Of a DNA stretch of 64,000 nt, positions 9,103 to 19,529 are shown piece after piece. Made by a program: the position numbers and the translations under genes. Numbering within the stretch: position 1 is the stretch's first letter; each line of letters opens with the position of its first letter. Under the pieces are notes generated by a model. It worked only from the letters and a program-made list of their open reading frames with translations. It made no database searches and was not told the origin of the DNA. The stretch covers positions 105,764-169,763 of the IMG/VR virus record IMGVR_UViG_3300032223_002232; one strand, written 5' to 3'. Source of the DNA: a virus.

Positions 9103-11673
9103 ATGGCTTATAGAAATGTATATTATGACCCAAAGAATTCCAATATTCATCTTTGGGCATGGGATGAGAGTGGTGAAAGAACAAAGTTCATAACGAGTTA
9201 TGAGCCATATCTATATATTGAATCCGAAAATGGTACTGATGGTAGATCAATCTTTAATACACCTCTTAAAAAATTAAGTTTTAAGAATAGAAAAGCTCGT
9301 CAGACGTATGTTGATGAAACTCCAATTAAAAGATTGTTCTATAATATTGCGGTAGACCAGCAATTTCTTCTTTCAACGTATAAAGATGAGATTGATAAAC
9401 CAGAATTTGGGTCTCATCCGTTAAAAATATTTTATATTGATATTGAAACTTATGCTACAACGCATTTTTCAACACCAGAAGCTGCTACAGATCCAATTAA
9501 TCTTATAACAGTATACGATTCTTTATCGGAAAGATACTATACATGGGGGTGTAAGAATTACTCCACGATGGAAGAAGATGTAACTTACTTTAAATGTAAA
9601 GATGAAAGAGATTTATTAAAAAGTTTTGTTAAATTTTGGAAGAATGATCCACCAGATATAGTTACTGGATGGAATATTCATGGTTATGACATTCCATATA
9701 TCATGAATCGTCTTCCACAGATATTTGCAGATGACTATAATAAGAAATTATCACCAATTGAAAGTATTTATTTAAGAGAAAAAGCTGCTGTTAATAAACT
9801 AGGTCGTGCAATTGATCGTTGGTCTATTGCTGGCGTTAGTATTATTGACTACATGGAGCTTTATGAGTCTCTTTGTGGTGGTAAGAGGGAGTCTATGTCA
9901 CTTAATTACATATCAGAGTATGAATTAGGTGATTCTAAGATTGCAATTGGTAGCACATCACTATCAACTCTTGCTGATAGAGATTGGACTAAATTTGTTG
10001 ACTATAACATTCAGGACGTAAGACTTCTTATCAAGCTTGAACACAAATTAAAATACTTAAAACTTGTAAGAAACCTTGCATATCGTGGATTTATTCCTTT
10101 TGAAAAGTCTATGGGTAAAGTTGCGATGATTACTGGTGCTGTTGCACACGAAGCATTGAAACAAGATATGATAATTCCAACATTTAACATTCAAAATGTT
10201 AAACAGGAATTTAAAGGCGGCTTTGTTTATGAACCAATTAAAGGTTTATATGAAAATGTCGTAACTTATGATGCAAATAGTTTGTATCCTAATACGATTA
10301 TTACGTTAAATATTTCATCAGAGACTAAAATAGGTAAAGTTATAAATAAAGATGAAGAGTTTACCACTTTAAGATTAACAAATGGTCAGGAAAGAAAATT
10401 AAAGCATAGTGATTTTGATAAAATTATTCAAAGTGAAAAGCTTGCGATAACAAAATCTAATGTTTTATATACACAAAAGTTTAAAGGTATATTTCCAACA
10501 CTAATTGATAGACTTTACAACGAAAGAGTCAAAGCTAAGAATACAATGTTGGATGCAAAGAAGAAGTTAAAGAAAGCAAAAACTCCAGAAGAAATTGAAA
10601 CACTTGAAGAAATTGCAAATGATAACGATACATTATCAAATGTGTATAAAGTTTTCTTGAATTCAGTTTACGGTGCATTCTCTAACATTTATTTTCCATT
10701 GTTTGATATGGATCATGCTGAAAGCGTTACTTTAAGTGGGCAAGCTATTGTTAAAAGAGGACCAGAGATTATTTATGAGTACGCAAAGTCTCAAGGTTTC
10801 AATGGTAAGCTTGAAGATATTTTAATTTATCAAGATACGGATAGTGAATTCTTTTCATTTACTGAAATAATGAAGTTAAGAAATGTTTCTTTTTTAGAAA
10901 ATGGTGAAATTTCCAAAGAAGCATATGATATTATTTCTGAATACGGTGATATTCTCAATAAAGGTATTAATGATTGGGCAAAACAGGAATTTAAATCCAT
11001 AGACCCTAGATATGTCTTTAAACGAGAGAAGATTTGTGATGTTGCTTTATTACAAGCAAAGAAATTCTACATTCTACATATTTTAGATAAAGAAGGTGTT
11101 AAAACTGAAGAGTTTGAGTATAAAGGTATTGCTATTGCACAAGCAACATTCTCAAAAGAAGTTAAAGAACTACTTAAAGACATTGTACATTCATCACTCT
11201 TAGCGAAAAACAGAAGGACAGCTACTCATATCTTCCAAGAAGGTTATGAAAAGTTTTTAAAAATGTCGCCAGAAGAAATTGCTACTAGAAAAAAGATCAA
11301 TAATTATGAGAAGTGGGATAATATGATCGGTGATGATAGTGAATTTGGTAAAGGTACACCAATTCAGGTCAAAAGTGCAATGAATTTTAATGAAGCACTT
11401 GAAAAGTTAAACATTACTGACAAATATCCTGCTCTTAAAAGTGGAACAAAGATGAAATTCTTTTATTGTAAGAAAAACATATATGATTATGAAACTATTG
11501 GGTTTATAGATTACTATCCAAAGGAATTATTAGAAGTAGTTAAGCCAGATTACAGGTTTATGTTTGATAAAAACGTTGTTCCAGTTATTTCAAGAATATT
11601 TCAAGTTATTGGATGGCCTTTACCAGCTGTTGGTTGCGAAGAAGTCACTGATCTGATACAATTATTGTCATGA
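9103..11673 (+). CDS. 43: DNA polymerase family B (T4 gp43-like)
   Basis: Exonuclease motifs DIET, GWN..GYD, YNIQD; polymerase motifs YDANSLYP, K...NSVYG, YQDTDS; start moved to ATG 9103. Confidence 0.96.
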   Translation: MAYRNVYYDPKNSNIHLWAWDESGERTKFITSYEPYLYIESENGTDGRSIFNTPLKKLSFKNRKARQTYVDETPIKRLFYNIAVDQQFLLSTYKDEIDKPEFGSHPLKIFYIDIETYATTHFSTPEAATDPINLITVYDSLSERYYTWGCKNYSTMEEDVTYFKCKDERDLLKSFVKFWKNDPPDIVTGWNIHGYDIPYIMNRLPQIFADDYNKKLSPIESIYLREKAAVNKLGRAIDRWSIAGVSIIDYMELYESLCGGKRESMSLNYISEYELGDSKIAIGSTSLSTLADRDWTKFVDYNIQDVRLLIKLEHKLKYLKLVRNLAYRGFIPFEKSMGKVAMITGAVAHEALKQDMIIPTFNIQNVKQEFKGGFVYEPIKGLYENVVTYDANSLYPNTIITLNISSETKIGKVINKDEEFTTLRLTNGQERKLKHSDFDKIIQSEKLAITKSNVLYTQKFKGIFPTLIDRLYNERVKAKNTMLDAKKKLKKAKTPEEIETLEEIANDNDTLSNVYKVFLNSVYGAFSNIYFPLFDMDHAESVTLSGQAIVKRGPEIIYEYAKSQGFNGKLEDILIYQDTDSEFFSFTEIMKLRNVSFLENGEISKEAYDIISEYGDILNKGINDWAKQEFKSIDPRYVFKREKICDVALLQAKKFYILHILDKEGVKTEEFEYKGIAIAQATFSKEVKELLKDIVHSSLLAKNRRTATHIFQEGYEKFLKMSPEEIATRKKINNYEKWDNMIGDDSEFGKGTPIQVKSAMNFNEALEKLNITDKYPALKSGTKMKFFYCKKNIYDYETIGFIDYYPKELLEVVKPDYRFMFDKNVVPVISRIFQVIGWPLPAVGCEEVTDLIQLLS

Positions 11674-12176
11674 GTGTAAAATTAATATCAATAACAAAGC
11701 CAGAAATCGAAGGTGTTGATACAGCTGAAGATTTAATATCATATTGTGCAAGGGTTAGCAACCCTTGTCATCGTAGTTTTAGCTTTCAAGAGTTTAGTCA
11801 GAGATATTCAACAGCCACAGAACTTGAAGATATTGAATGGAGAATGCAAGGTAAAACCAATAGACAAGTTGGCGATGAAGTAATTGAATTATCATTAGAA
11901 TTACAAGACAAGATGTTTCAAGCACAACACCTTTCTTTAAAAATATACGATGAATTAATAGGTTTTGGTATTGCTAAAGAGTGTGCGAGAATGGTGCTTC
12001 CTCTTAACACAACGACAACGATTTACATGAATGGAACAATCCGTTCTTGGATACACTATCTTGAAATAAGATGTAAAGATGATACGCAGAAGAAACATAG
12101 GGAGATTGCAAACATGATTCGATCAATATTTACAAAACATTTTCCTACAATTGCAAAAGCGTTACAAGAAAATTAA
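11670..12176 (+). pseudogene. thyX: Flavin-dependent thymidylate synthase ThyX with an in-frame internal deletion
   Basis: CARVSNP joined directly to CHRSFSFQEFSQRY; ECARMVLP, GTIRSWIHY and TQKKHR present; the usual intervening H.SxFE segment and the first Arg of RHR are missing; only 168 aa. Confidence 0.7.
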
Positions 12177-12230
12177 TATTTTTTAAATTAATACTTGATA
12201 TTACATTAAATTCTGTTAAATTTATATAGT

Positions 12231-12623
12231 ATGACAACTGAAAACACAACAAAAACCCTCGTAGTAATCTTAGACACCATTGGTAGGACTGTACTCGGTG
12301 AGGCAGTAGATTCCCCAAAAGGAAACTTCTCCATCAAGAACCCTGTCATCCTTCATATTGTTCCAGCAGACAATAATGGAAAGATGTCAGTCCAACTTCT
12401 TCCTCTCTTTTTCAGAGAGTTCTTAGCAGACAAATCTGGTGATGTCACATTTACATATGATGCATCTCGTGTAACCAAGACTGATATCGACGCTCTTGAT
12501 TTCCGTCTCCAAGCACAATATGCTCAGATGTTCAATCCACAGAATAGCTTTGTTGCTGATCCATCACAGGCAGCACCAGCAAGTGATTCTGTAGTTAAGC
12601 TTTTTGACGAGGAAGCAAAGTAA
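12231..12623 (+). CDS. Conserved T4-like hypothetical protein (small beta-barrel type found near gp43/UvsX)
   Basis: IKNPVIL...QYAQMF pattern; codon usage of a highly expressed gene; followed by a hairpin. Confidence 0.65.
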   Translation: MTTENTTKTLVVILDTIGRTVLGEAVDSPKGNFSIKNPVILHIVPADNNGKMSVQLLPLFFREFLADKSGDVTFTYDASRVTKTDIDALDFRLQAQYAQMFNPQNSFVADPSQAAPASDSVVKLFDEEAK

Positions 12624-12651
12624 AAAGTACAGATCGGAACTGTATTCATTA

Positions 12652-12687
12652 AGAAACCCCAGAGGGCTTGACTCTCTGGGGTTTTCT
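12652..12687 (+). terminator. Intrinsic terminator overlapping the uvsX promoter
   Basis: AAACCCCAGAG...CTCTGGGGTTT stem followed by a T-rich run; TTGACT (12668-12673) lies at the loop and TATTAT at 12690-12695. Confidence 0.75.
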
Positions 12688-12702
12688 GTTATTATATTAT
12701 AT

Positions 12703-13806
12703 ATGGCTAAAAAGAAAAACGAAGAAATAGAAGAACCAAAGGTTGGAAACATCAAAGATGCATTTGATATTTTATCAGACTTAAATCCAGAAGCTGCATT
12801 TCTTGATGATGGTAGCTTATCAAGTGTAAATGAGTGGATTGATACAGGATCTCTTGCATTAAATGCAATTATTTCAGGATCTTTATATGGTGGAGTTCCA
12901 ATGGGTAGACTTACAGGTTTTATTGGACCTGAATCTTGTGGAAAAACCTTAATGTGTAACAAAGTTATGGCTAATGCACAAAAGAAAAATATGCATATTG
13001 CATATTTTGATACCGAAGGTGCATTAGATGAAAATACAGCTAAAAGACTTGGCTGTGATACATCAAAAATTAAACATGTACCAAGTGAAGTTACAGAAAA
13101 TTGCAGAAATCAAATTGTAAAGTTTCTTGATACGGTTATTGAGAAAGGTTTACAAGGTAAAGTTCTTCTTGTAATTGATTCTCTTGGTAATTTAATCACC
13201 GCACAGGAAAAAAGGAAGATTGAAGAAGGTTCTGATACACCAGATATGGGTAATCGTGCAAAAGCACTTAAATCTATGATGAGAGCAATCACACATTCAG
13301 CCGCAAAAGCTAATTGTCCTGTTGTTTTTACAAATCATATCTATGATGATCCATCACAACTTCATCCAAGTGCCATTAAAAAGCAAGCTGGTGGATCTGG
13401 ACCTCTTTATATGGCATCTGTTATTGTTCAGATGGCAAAGAAAGCCGAAAGATCAGAGGATAGTAAGAACAAAGACTCAAATACTGAGACAACTCTATTA
13501 TCAAAGGGTATTAATGGGTTAACATTAAGAGCCTTGACAACTAAAAATCGTTTTGTTACTCCATTTTTAGAGATAGAGATGTACTTGAATTTTAGAACAG
13601 GTCTTAATAAGTACTCAGGACTACTTGAAATGGCAGAAGGATACGGTGTCATTGAAAAGCAAGGTCATAGATATGCATTTAATGGTGAAACTCTTGGATT
13701 CTTTAAAGATTGGAAAGATGATGAAGCAGTTTGGGAAAGAATTCTTCCAGTTCTTGAGCAAAAACTTCAAGAAGGACTCTCATTTAAAAACGAAGGACAA
13801 CAATAA
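12703..13806 (+). CDS. uvsX: RecA-like recombinase UvsX
   Basis: IDTGS, Walker A GPESCGKT, FDTE, VIDSLG, FTNH, KNR; start moved to ATG 12703. Confidence 0.93.
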   Translation: MAKKKNEEIEEPKVGNIKDAFDILSDLNPEAAFLDDGSLSSVNEWIDTGSLALNAIISGSLYGGVPMGRLTGFIGPESCGKTLMCNKVMANAQKKNMHIAYFDTEGALDENTAKRLGCDTSKIKHVPSEVTENCRNQIVKFLDTVIEKGLQGKVLLVIDSLGNLITAQEKRKIEEGSDTPDMGNRAKALKSMMRAITHSAAKANCPVVFTNHIYDDPSQLHPSAIKKQAGGSGPLYMASVIVQMAKKAERSEDSKNKDSNTETTLLSKGINGLTLRALTTKNRFVTPFLEIEMYLNFRTGLNKYSGLLEMAEGYGVIEKQGHRYAFNGETLGFFKDWKDDEAVWERILPVLEQKLQEGLSFKNEGQQ

Positions 13807-13813
13807 TAATAAT

Positions 13814-14068
13814 ATGATAACAACAAAAGAAATAATAAGTGGAACAGAAGAAGAATTACTTGCACATTTCAAGAAAAAGTATAATTTAGTTGAATCTACA
13901 AGTAATACATTACCAGCATTATCAACAATATTACCTGATAATGGTATAAAAGCTGAATTACCAACCGTTACTACTCCGCAACCAGCAGTTCAACCTGCTG
14001 TAGTTGGTAATAAAGTTACAAAAGGATTTTCTGGACTGTTTGATGGTACAAGTTGGGGTAACAAATGA
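13814..14068 (+). CDS. Hypothetical protein (84 aa)
   Basis: ATG at 13814 after the uvsX stop; fills the gap to the gp41 promoter. Confidence 0.55.
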   Translation: MITTKEIISGTEEELLAHFKKKYNLVESTSNTLPALSTILPDNGIKAELPTVTTPQPAVQPAVVGNKVTKGFSGLFDGTSWGNK

Positions 14069-14072
14069 TTAT

Positions 14073-14105
14073 TAGATTGCATTCTCATAGGATGCAGTCT
14101 ATAAT
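14073..14105 (+). promoter_or_regulatory. Sigma70-like promoter embedded in an inverted repeat
   Basis: TTGCAT-17 nt-TATAAT, 6 nt before ATG 14112; imperfect palindrome TAGATTGCATTCT-CAT-AGGATGCAGTCTA. Confidence 0.7.
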
Positions 14106-14111
14106 TTTTAT

Positions 14112-15506
14112 ATGGTAGATAAAACTTTGCACCTAGACTTTGATTATTTTGAGAAAATCATTATATTCAATGCTCTAATGGATCAACTGTATCTTGAAAC
14201 GATATTGGAACATACAAATCCAATGTTTTTTCGTGATAAGAACATTCAAACAGTATTTAAAGTCCTAAAAGACTTTTATATTGAGAATAAAATTGTTCCA
14301 AACATAACAGAGCTTAAAGCACATCTTAATGATGAGCAAAAAACAGCTTTAAAGGAAGTTTTTATTGGTTTCAATAATATTGATAAGAATTATAATAAAG
14401 AACTACTTATAAAAAATACAGAAAGGTTCCTCAGAGAGAAATCTGTGTTATTAACTGTTGTAGATACATCAATTGATGTTAATTCTGGTAAGATTGATAG
14501 TCAAAAGATCCTTAAAACCTTTGAAAAGGCTTGCGGTATATCATTAACTGATAATATTGGGTTAGATTACCTTGAAGATATTGATAAACATTGTGCGGAT
14601 CTTAGTGAAGTATTCAAAACCATATCAACTGGATGGAAATGGTTGGATAACCATCTTGGTGGTGGCTTTATGGCTGAAGGAAGAGCATTATATGTATTCT
14701 TTGGACAAACAAATGTAGGTAAATCAATCTTTCTTGGTAACATAGCAACTAATATTCTTAATCAAGATAAGACCGTGGTACTAATTTCACTTGAAATGCC
14801 CGAACAAGTATATGCAAAACGTATTTCAGCACAACTTTCTCGCATTCCAATCAATGATTTGAAGCTTCAAGTTGATCCTTTGCGTAATTTTGTTAATCAA
14901 TACAAGATTAGGAATAGTAAATCAAAGTTAATTATTAAAGAGTTTCCACCAAAGGGTGTTAGTGTTCTTAATATTAAGAGCTATATTAACAAATTGATAA
15001 GCAAAGGCATTAAACCAGATACAATTATCATTGATTATATCAACTTGATTGCTCCAGCCGTTGCAAATCAGGGTTCATATGAGTCAATTAAGGGCATTAC
15101 TGAAGGTATTAGAGCATTATCTTATGAATTTAGCTGTCCTGTGATATCCGCAACACAAGCAAATAGGGCTGCTGTTAATGAACCACAACCAGACATGGGT
15201 AAAACCAGCGAATCTCTTGGTCTTTCAATGACAGTTGATGCTCAATTCTCAATTTGGACTCAAGAAGGTGATTCTGATCTCGGAATTATTCATATGGGTA
15301 TCGTAAAGAATCGTTTTGGTGGAAGAGAGGTTTATACTCATCTTAATATTGATTATGAGACCCTTTCGCTTACTGAACCAAGTGATGTTGTAGCTGAATT
15401 CTCAGTAAAGGGTAATGTACCCAAGCTTTCAGCTGATATTGAAGCAACTACAATGGAATCAAGTATACTTGATACATTGAATATGATTGATAACATTGCA
15501 TCATAA
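14112..15506 (+). CDS. 41: Replicative DnaB-like helicase (T4 gp41)
   Basis: GQTNVGKS, ISLEM, IIKEFP, IIDY, SATQANR, KNRFG. Confidence 0.93.
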   Translation: MVDKTLHLDFDYFEKIIIFNALMDQLYLETILEHTNPMFFRDKNIQTVFKVLKDFYIENKIVPNITELKAHLNDEQKTALKEVFIGFNNIDKNYNKELLIKNTERFLREKSVLLTVVDTSIDVNSGKIDSQKILKTFEKACGISLTDNIGLDYLEDIDKHCADLSEVFKTISTGWKWLDNHLGGGFMAEGRALYVFFGQTNVGKSIFLGNIATNILNQDKTVVLISLEMPEQVYAKRISAQLSRIPINDLKLQVDPLRNFVNQYKIRNSKSKLIIKEFPPKGVSVLNIKSYINKLISKGIKPDTIIIDYINLIAPAVANQGSYESIKGITEGIRALSYEFSCPVISATQANRAAVNEPQPDMGKTSESLGLSMTVDAQFSIWTQEGDSDLGIIHMGIVKNRFGGREVYTHLNIDYETLSLTEPSDVVAEFSVKGNVPKLSADIEATTMESSILDTLNMIDNIAS

Positions 15507-16426
15507 TGAATATTCAACAAATCGCTCATCATTTGACTTCAAATAAGTCATTTCAAGTCTTTACACATAAAGATTTGGATGGTGCTGTTAGTTTTCTTAC
15601 ATTATTGTGGTCAAACCCTACAGCAACTATTACATATCGTGAAATTACCAACATGCAAATGGGTGTTATGGATGAATATGTCAAAAAAACATGTAATCCA
15701 CCATCAATTGTTGTTATGGATATGTCTTTAAGGAAACAATTTATTGAAATGCTTGATTATGATTATGTTTATTTTATAGATCATCATAAAGGATCTGAAA
15801 ATTATGTAAAATCGTTCAAACAAGCTAATATTGTATACAAAGAAACTACATCTAATGCATTATTAACAAGAAAGCTGTTAAAAGAATTCTCGCCAGACTT
15901 AACAGATGCTCAAAAAAAGTTAATTCTTCTTGCTGATGATTTTGATTCTAATAAACTTCAACATAAAGAGTCTTATGATTTAAATATTTTATTCTGGACT
16001 CAATTTAAAAATGATTTTTGTTATTTTATTAATTATTATAAAGATGGATTTAAGCCTTTTAGTGAAAAACAAAAAGAAATCATCACTCATGCTAAACAAG
16101 ATGCAAAAGAATTGTTTAAAAATACAAAATGTTTTACTGGTGAGATGATAATTGAAGGATTTCCTCAAAAAGTAATTGCAGCTACAACAGATACATATAA
16201 TAATATTGTAATTGATATGTTAATGAGTAAATATCAGCCAGATATACTCCTGTATATTAATACAAAAAGTGAAAAGGTTAGTATGAGGCAAAAAGAAAGA
16301 CCAAACCCAATTAATCTTTCGGCTTTTGCTGAAAAATATTGCGATGGTAGTGGTCATATGAACGCTGCTGGCGGTAGAATCACGCTTCTTTTCATGGAGT
16401 TAACTAAAAAACTACAACCTCTATGA
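15506..16426 (+). CDS. DHH/DHHA1 phosphoesterase or exonuclease
   Basis: THKDLDG, VVMD, IDHH, SMR, GSGHMNAAG. Confidence 0.88.
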   Translation: MNIQQIAHHLTSNKSFQVFTHKDLDGAVSFLTLLWSNPTATITYREITNMQMGVMDEYVKKTCNPPSIVVMDMSLRKQFIEMLDYDYVYFIDHHKGSENYVKSFKQANIVYKETTSNALLTRKLLKEFSPDLTDAQKKLILLADDFDSNKLQHKESYDLNILFWTQFKNDFCYFINYYKDGFKPFSEKQKEIITHAKQDAKELFKNTKCFTGEMIIEGFPQKVIAATTDTYNNIVIDMLMSKYQPDILLYINTKSEKVSMRQKERPNPINLSAFAEKYCDGSGHMNAAGGRITLLFMELTKKLQPL

Positions 16427-16716
16427 TTATTACATCCTCACAGCAATTAGAAGACGTTTCAAACCCATCAAATGCTTTAAATATTGAAGAATTTGAGCAA
16501 ATTACAATGAAATTTGGTGCTTTTGTTTGTATTTGCAAAGGTAAAAAAATGAATTACCTTAATTTTCTTAAATTTTTAGTTGATGATAAGCGTACACAAA
16601 AAATTTATTTTACACTTTTAGGTGAATTTGATTTACAAAGCATAATAAAAGCGTATCTTGGTTCTACGCCAAATGTCTATAAGAAGATATTTCGTTCAAA
16701 AAATAAAACCAAATAA
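16423..16716 (+). CDS. Hypothetical protein, possibly gp33-like late transcription coactivator
   Basis: Size of 97 aa, MNYLNF helix and position matching the T4 33-59-32 order; weak sequence support. Confidence 0.4.
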   Translation: MIITSSQQLEDVSNPSNALNIEEFEQITMKFGAFVCICKGKKMNYLNFLKFLVDDKRTQKIYFTLLGEFDLQSIIKAYLGSTPNVYKKIFRSKNKTK

Positions 16717-17366
16717 TGAACATTACCAATTTTGAGAAAAGAATTTATAATTGTTATCTCAAAAATTTTAGAAAAGGTCAGCCATACAAAGCAAGACAAG
16801 ATTTTTCTAATTTAGAAGCAAATGTTGCCGCATATTTGCAGAAAATTTCTTATTTCTTAAGCAAATATAATCATATTGATTGTGAAGAATACTTTGATGC
16901 ATTTAATTCGTTGCATCCAGATGATAAATACCCACCATTGAATTACTTTTTCTCAAGAGCAGCTTTAAAAACTTATTCTTTATATAAAAAGCAACAAGAA
17001 GATCGTAATCCCGAAAAGCAATTTGATAAAATTAAAGATGGATTAAGGTTTATTGGTATATATTGCATCAATAACAATATACCATTGAACAAATATTTAT
17101 ATTTTAAAGTGGGATATAGTTATGCTTGGCTAAATCACTATAGAGAACATCGGATAAACCCATATTGTTTATTTGAATTGGGTGACATCTTTGGTATTCT
17201 AAGTGAAATTCCAAAGGATGAACTATATCTTTTTGCAACAAACTTGTATGAAAACCTTATAGCCTTTAAAGATAGGTATGAAAAATCTAAAAACACCAAA
17301 GAATTTGTCAAAACAGTTACACAAAAAGTAAAATTTTTTGTTGAAAAAGAGTTGACGAAACATTAA
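16716..17366 (+). CDS. Possible helicase loader (gp59-like)
   Basis: 216-aa basic helical protein immediately before gp32, as in T4; synteny-based. Confidence 0.5.
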   Translation: MNITNFEKRIYNCYLKNFRKGQPYKARQDFSNLEANVAAYLQKISYFLSKYNHIDCEEYFDAFNSLHPDDKYPPLNYFFSRAALKTYSLYKKQQEDRNPEKQFDKIKDGLRFIGIYCINNNIPLNKYLYFKVGYSYAWLNHYREHRINPYCLFELGDIFGILSEIPKDELYLFATNLYENLIAFKDRYEKSKNTKEFVKTVTQKVKFFVEKELTKH

Positions 17367-17389
17367 AACATGATAATATTATTAGCATT

Positions 17390-18253
17390 ATGAGTACAAA
17401 ATACAACGCAAGTCTCTTTGAATCACTTCAAGAGATCATTAACAACAAGAGTGCAAACTACGAGTCTGGTTTTAAGGATTTCCTTAAACTTGAGACAGAC
17501 AAGACGTATGTTGTTCGTCTTATTCCCAATGTTGAGGATATTTCCAAGACTTGGTATCACTATGCCCAGCACATTTGGGATAGTGTAGTCACAGGCAAGA
17601 AGGTTTCTACCCTTTGCCCTAACACCTACAAGGAGAAGTGTCCTATCTGTGAGTATCGTTCTAAGATCTGGGCTACAAAGAATCAAGATCTCATTGATGG
17701 TATCAATCCTACTAGGAAGAACAAGAGATGGCTCTACAATGTCTTTGTTATCAAAGATCCCACTAACCCTGAGAATGAGGGTAAGATCAAGCTTCTTAAT
17801 GCTGGTGAACAGCTTGAGAAGGTTATTGAGGAAGCTCGTAGTGGTGAGTTTAAGGATGAGTTTGGTTATAAGATCTTTGATCTTTCCGCTAATGGGTGCA
17901 ACCTTAACATTAAGGTTGAGAAAAACAAGGGTGGTTATCCAACATATGTAAGCTCACGCTTCACATCACCATCAAAGATTGACGCTCTTTCTACTGATGC
18001 CGCAATTGACGAGATTCATGCAAATATCAAGCCACTTGATACGATCTTCAAGGTTCGTACATACAACGAGGTCAAGGATCTTCTTGATGTTCACTTCTTG
18101 GGTAAGGATAAGTCAACCGTAACTGACGATAGTATTGATGAGGTTAAAGTTGAGTCGGTTACTGACGATGATGATTTTAGTGTTGTAACAAACACATCAA
18201 GTACATTATCCGATCAAGAGAAGAGAATGAAGGAAATTTTGGAGGATCTCTAA
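17390..18253 (+). CDS. 32: Single-stranded DNA-binding protein (T4 gp32)
   Basis: VVRLIP, H...CP....KCPICE zinc site, VIKDPTNPENEGKI, FDL..GCN, YPTY.SS.F, acidic tail. Confidence 0.92.
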   Translation: MSTKYNASLFESLQEIINNKSANYESGFKDFLKLETDKTYVVRLIPNVEDISKTWYHYAQHIWDSVVTGKKVSTLCPNTYKEKCPICEYRSKIWATKNQDLIDGINPTRKNKRWLYNVFVIKDPTNPENEGKIKLLNAGEQLEKVIEEARSGEFKDEFGYKIFDLSANGCNLNIKVEKNKGGYPTYVSSRFTSPSKIDALSTDAAIDEIHANIKPLDTIFKVRTYNEVKDLLDVHFLGKDKSTVTDDSIDEVKVESVTDDDDFSVVTNTSSTLSDQEKRMKEILEDL

Positions 18254-18256
18254 AAG

Positions 18257-18781
18257 ATGAACGAGCGAGAGGAAGCATTTGAAGTTGCAAAACTTGCAGC
18301 TATGGTTGGTGGACAGATGAATTTAGTTGATCGAATGACAACTGAAAGAATGTCAACCCCTGCTAATAAAATTAATATTCATGATTTTATTAATAAGGTA
18401 AAAAACCCAAATGCTTCCTTTCCTGTTTATGCTCCCCCAACTCCATCAGGATTTGCACCACCTGTTGATGAAAGAATGGTTCAATCAATGGTTCCAGATG
18501 CAGTTCCAACATACATACCACCATCAGAACAAGGTGCTGTTCAACCTCCAACTATACCAGAAACTAAACCACCAGCGGAATCTGTTAACCTTCCTCATAT
18601 TGTAAAACCATCATCAACACCAATGCCACAGCTAGATCCAATTGTTGATGGACCATTTAAACCTGTTTTAACTCGTAGTGATGTTGATAGTATTAGGAAT
18701 TCGTTAAAAAATATTGACAAGACACTTGCTGGTATGCTAAAGTTCTTACAAGAAAGTGGCAAACCAAAAGCAAATGAATGA
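18257..18781 (+). CDS. Hypothetical Pro-rich protein with C-terminal coiled coil
   Basis: ORF in the operon; composition. Confidence 0.65.
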   Translation: MNEREEAFEVAKLAAMVGGQMNLVDRMTTERMSTPANKINIHDFINKVKNPNASFPVYAPPTPSGFAPPVDERMVQSMVPDAVPTYIPPSEQGAVQPPTIPETKPPAESVNLPHIVKPSSTPMPQLDPIVDGPFKPVLTRSDVDSIRNSLKNIDKTLAGMLKFLQESGKPKANE

Positions 18782-19529
18782 CTCCTTAATCCCAATTCCA
18801 AAAACTTCTTTGGAAAAATTATTAAAGCCTGTAAACAGGCTTACAGAATCTTGCGTAATTAGAATTGAATCTAAGAAGTTATTTACTATCTGTACATCAA
18901 CAGACAATAGTGTTATTCTTTATGCTAAAACAGAACTTCCTATGGAAGTTGACCCTATAAAACTTAACTTAATTAATATTAAGAAGTTTATGACAGGTTT
19001 AGATTGCTTGGGTGATGATGGTGATTTTAAACTTTTATATAATGATAACAACATTATATGTAAGTCTATTAACGAAGCAACTGGTGAAAATACACATTTT
19101 AAATATCATCTTGTTGATGATAATATTATTAAAGAATCAACAGTTAATCAGGAAAGTATTGCTAAATTAAATTTTGATACAGTTTTTGAATTATCTTTAA
19201 GTAAGATTAAACAAATCATGTCTGCTTATTCTTTTAGTACAGACGTTAATAAGATTTATTTTTATACAAAAGATAATTCTGTATGTGCTGATATTGATGA
19301 TAAAACCTTACAGAACATTGATAATGTTTCTTTGCAGGTATCTAACGAATTTCAAGGAGAACCCATTTTAACGCCATTGTCGCTTAAAATTGAGGTCTTT
19401 AAGAACTTGGCTACAAGCAAGAATCCTATTAAGGTAAAGATTAATAATCAATTTAAGGTATTTATTTTCCAAACACAGGAAGACCAAAACACTGAGTTAA
19501 AATATATAATTTCTGCACTTGTTAAATAA
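18774..19529 (+). CDS. 45: Sliding clamp (gp45/PCNA-like)
   Basis: About 250 aa alternating beta/alpha pattern, LKYIISAL C-terminus, replication context. Confidence 0.7.
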   Translation: MNDSLIPIPKTSLEKLLKPVNRLTESCVIRIESKKLFTICTSTDNSVILYAKTELPMEVDPIKLNLINIKKFMTGLDCLGDDGDFKLLYNDNNIICKSINEATGENTHFKYHLVDDNIIKESTVNQESIAKLNFDTVFELSLSKIKQIMSAYSFSTDVNKIYFYTKDNSVCADIDDKTLQNIDNVSLQVSNEFQGEPILTPLSLKIEVFKNLATSKNPIKVKINNQFKVFIFQTQEDQNTELKYIISALVK

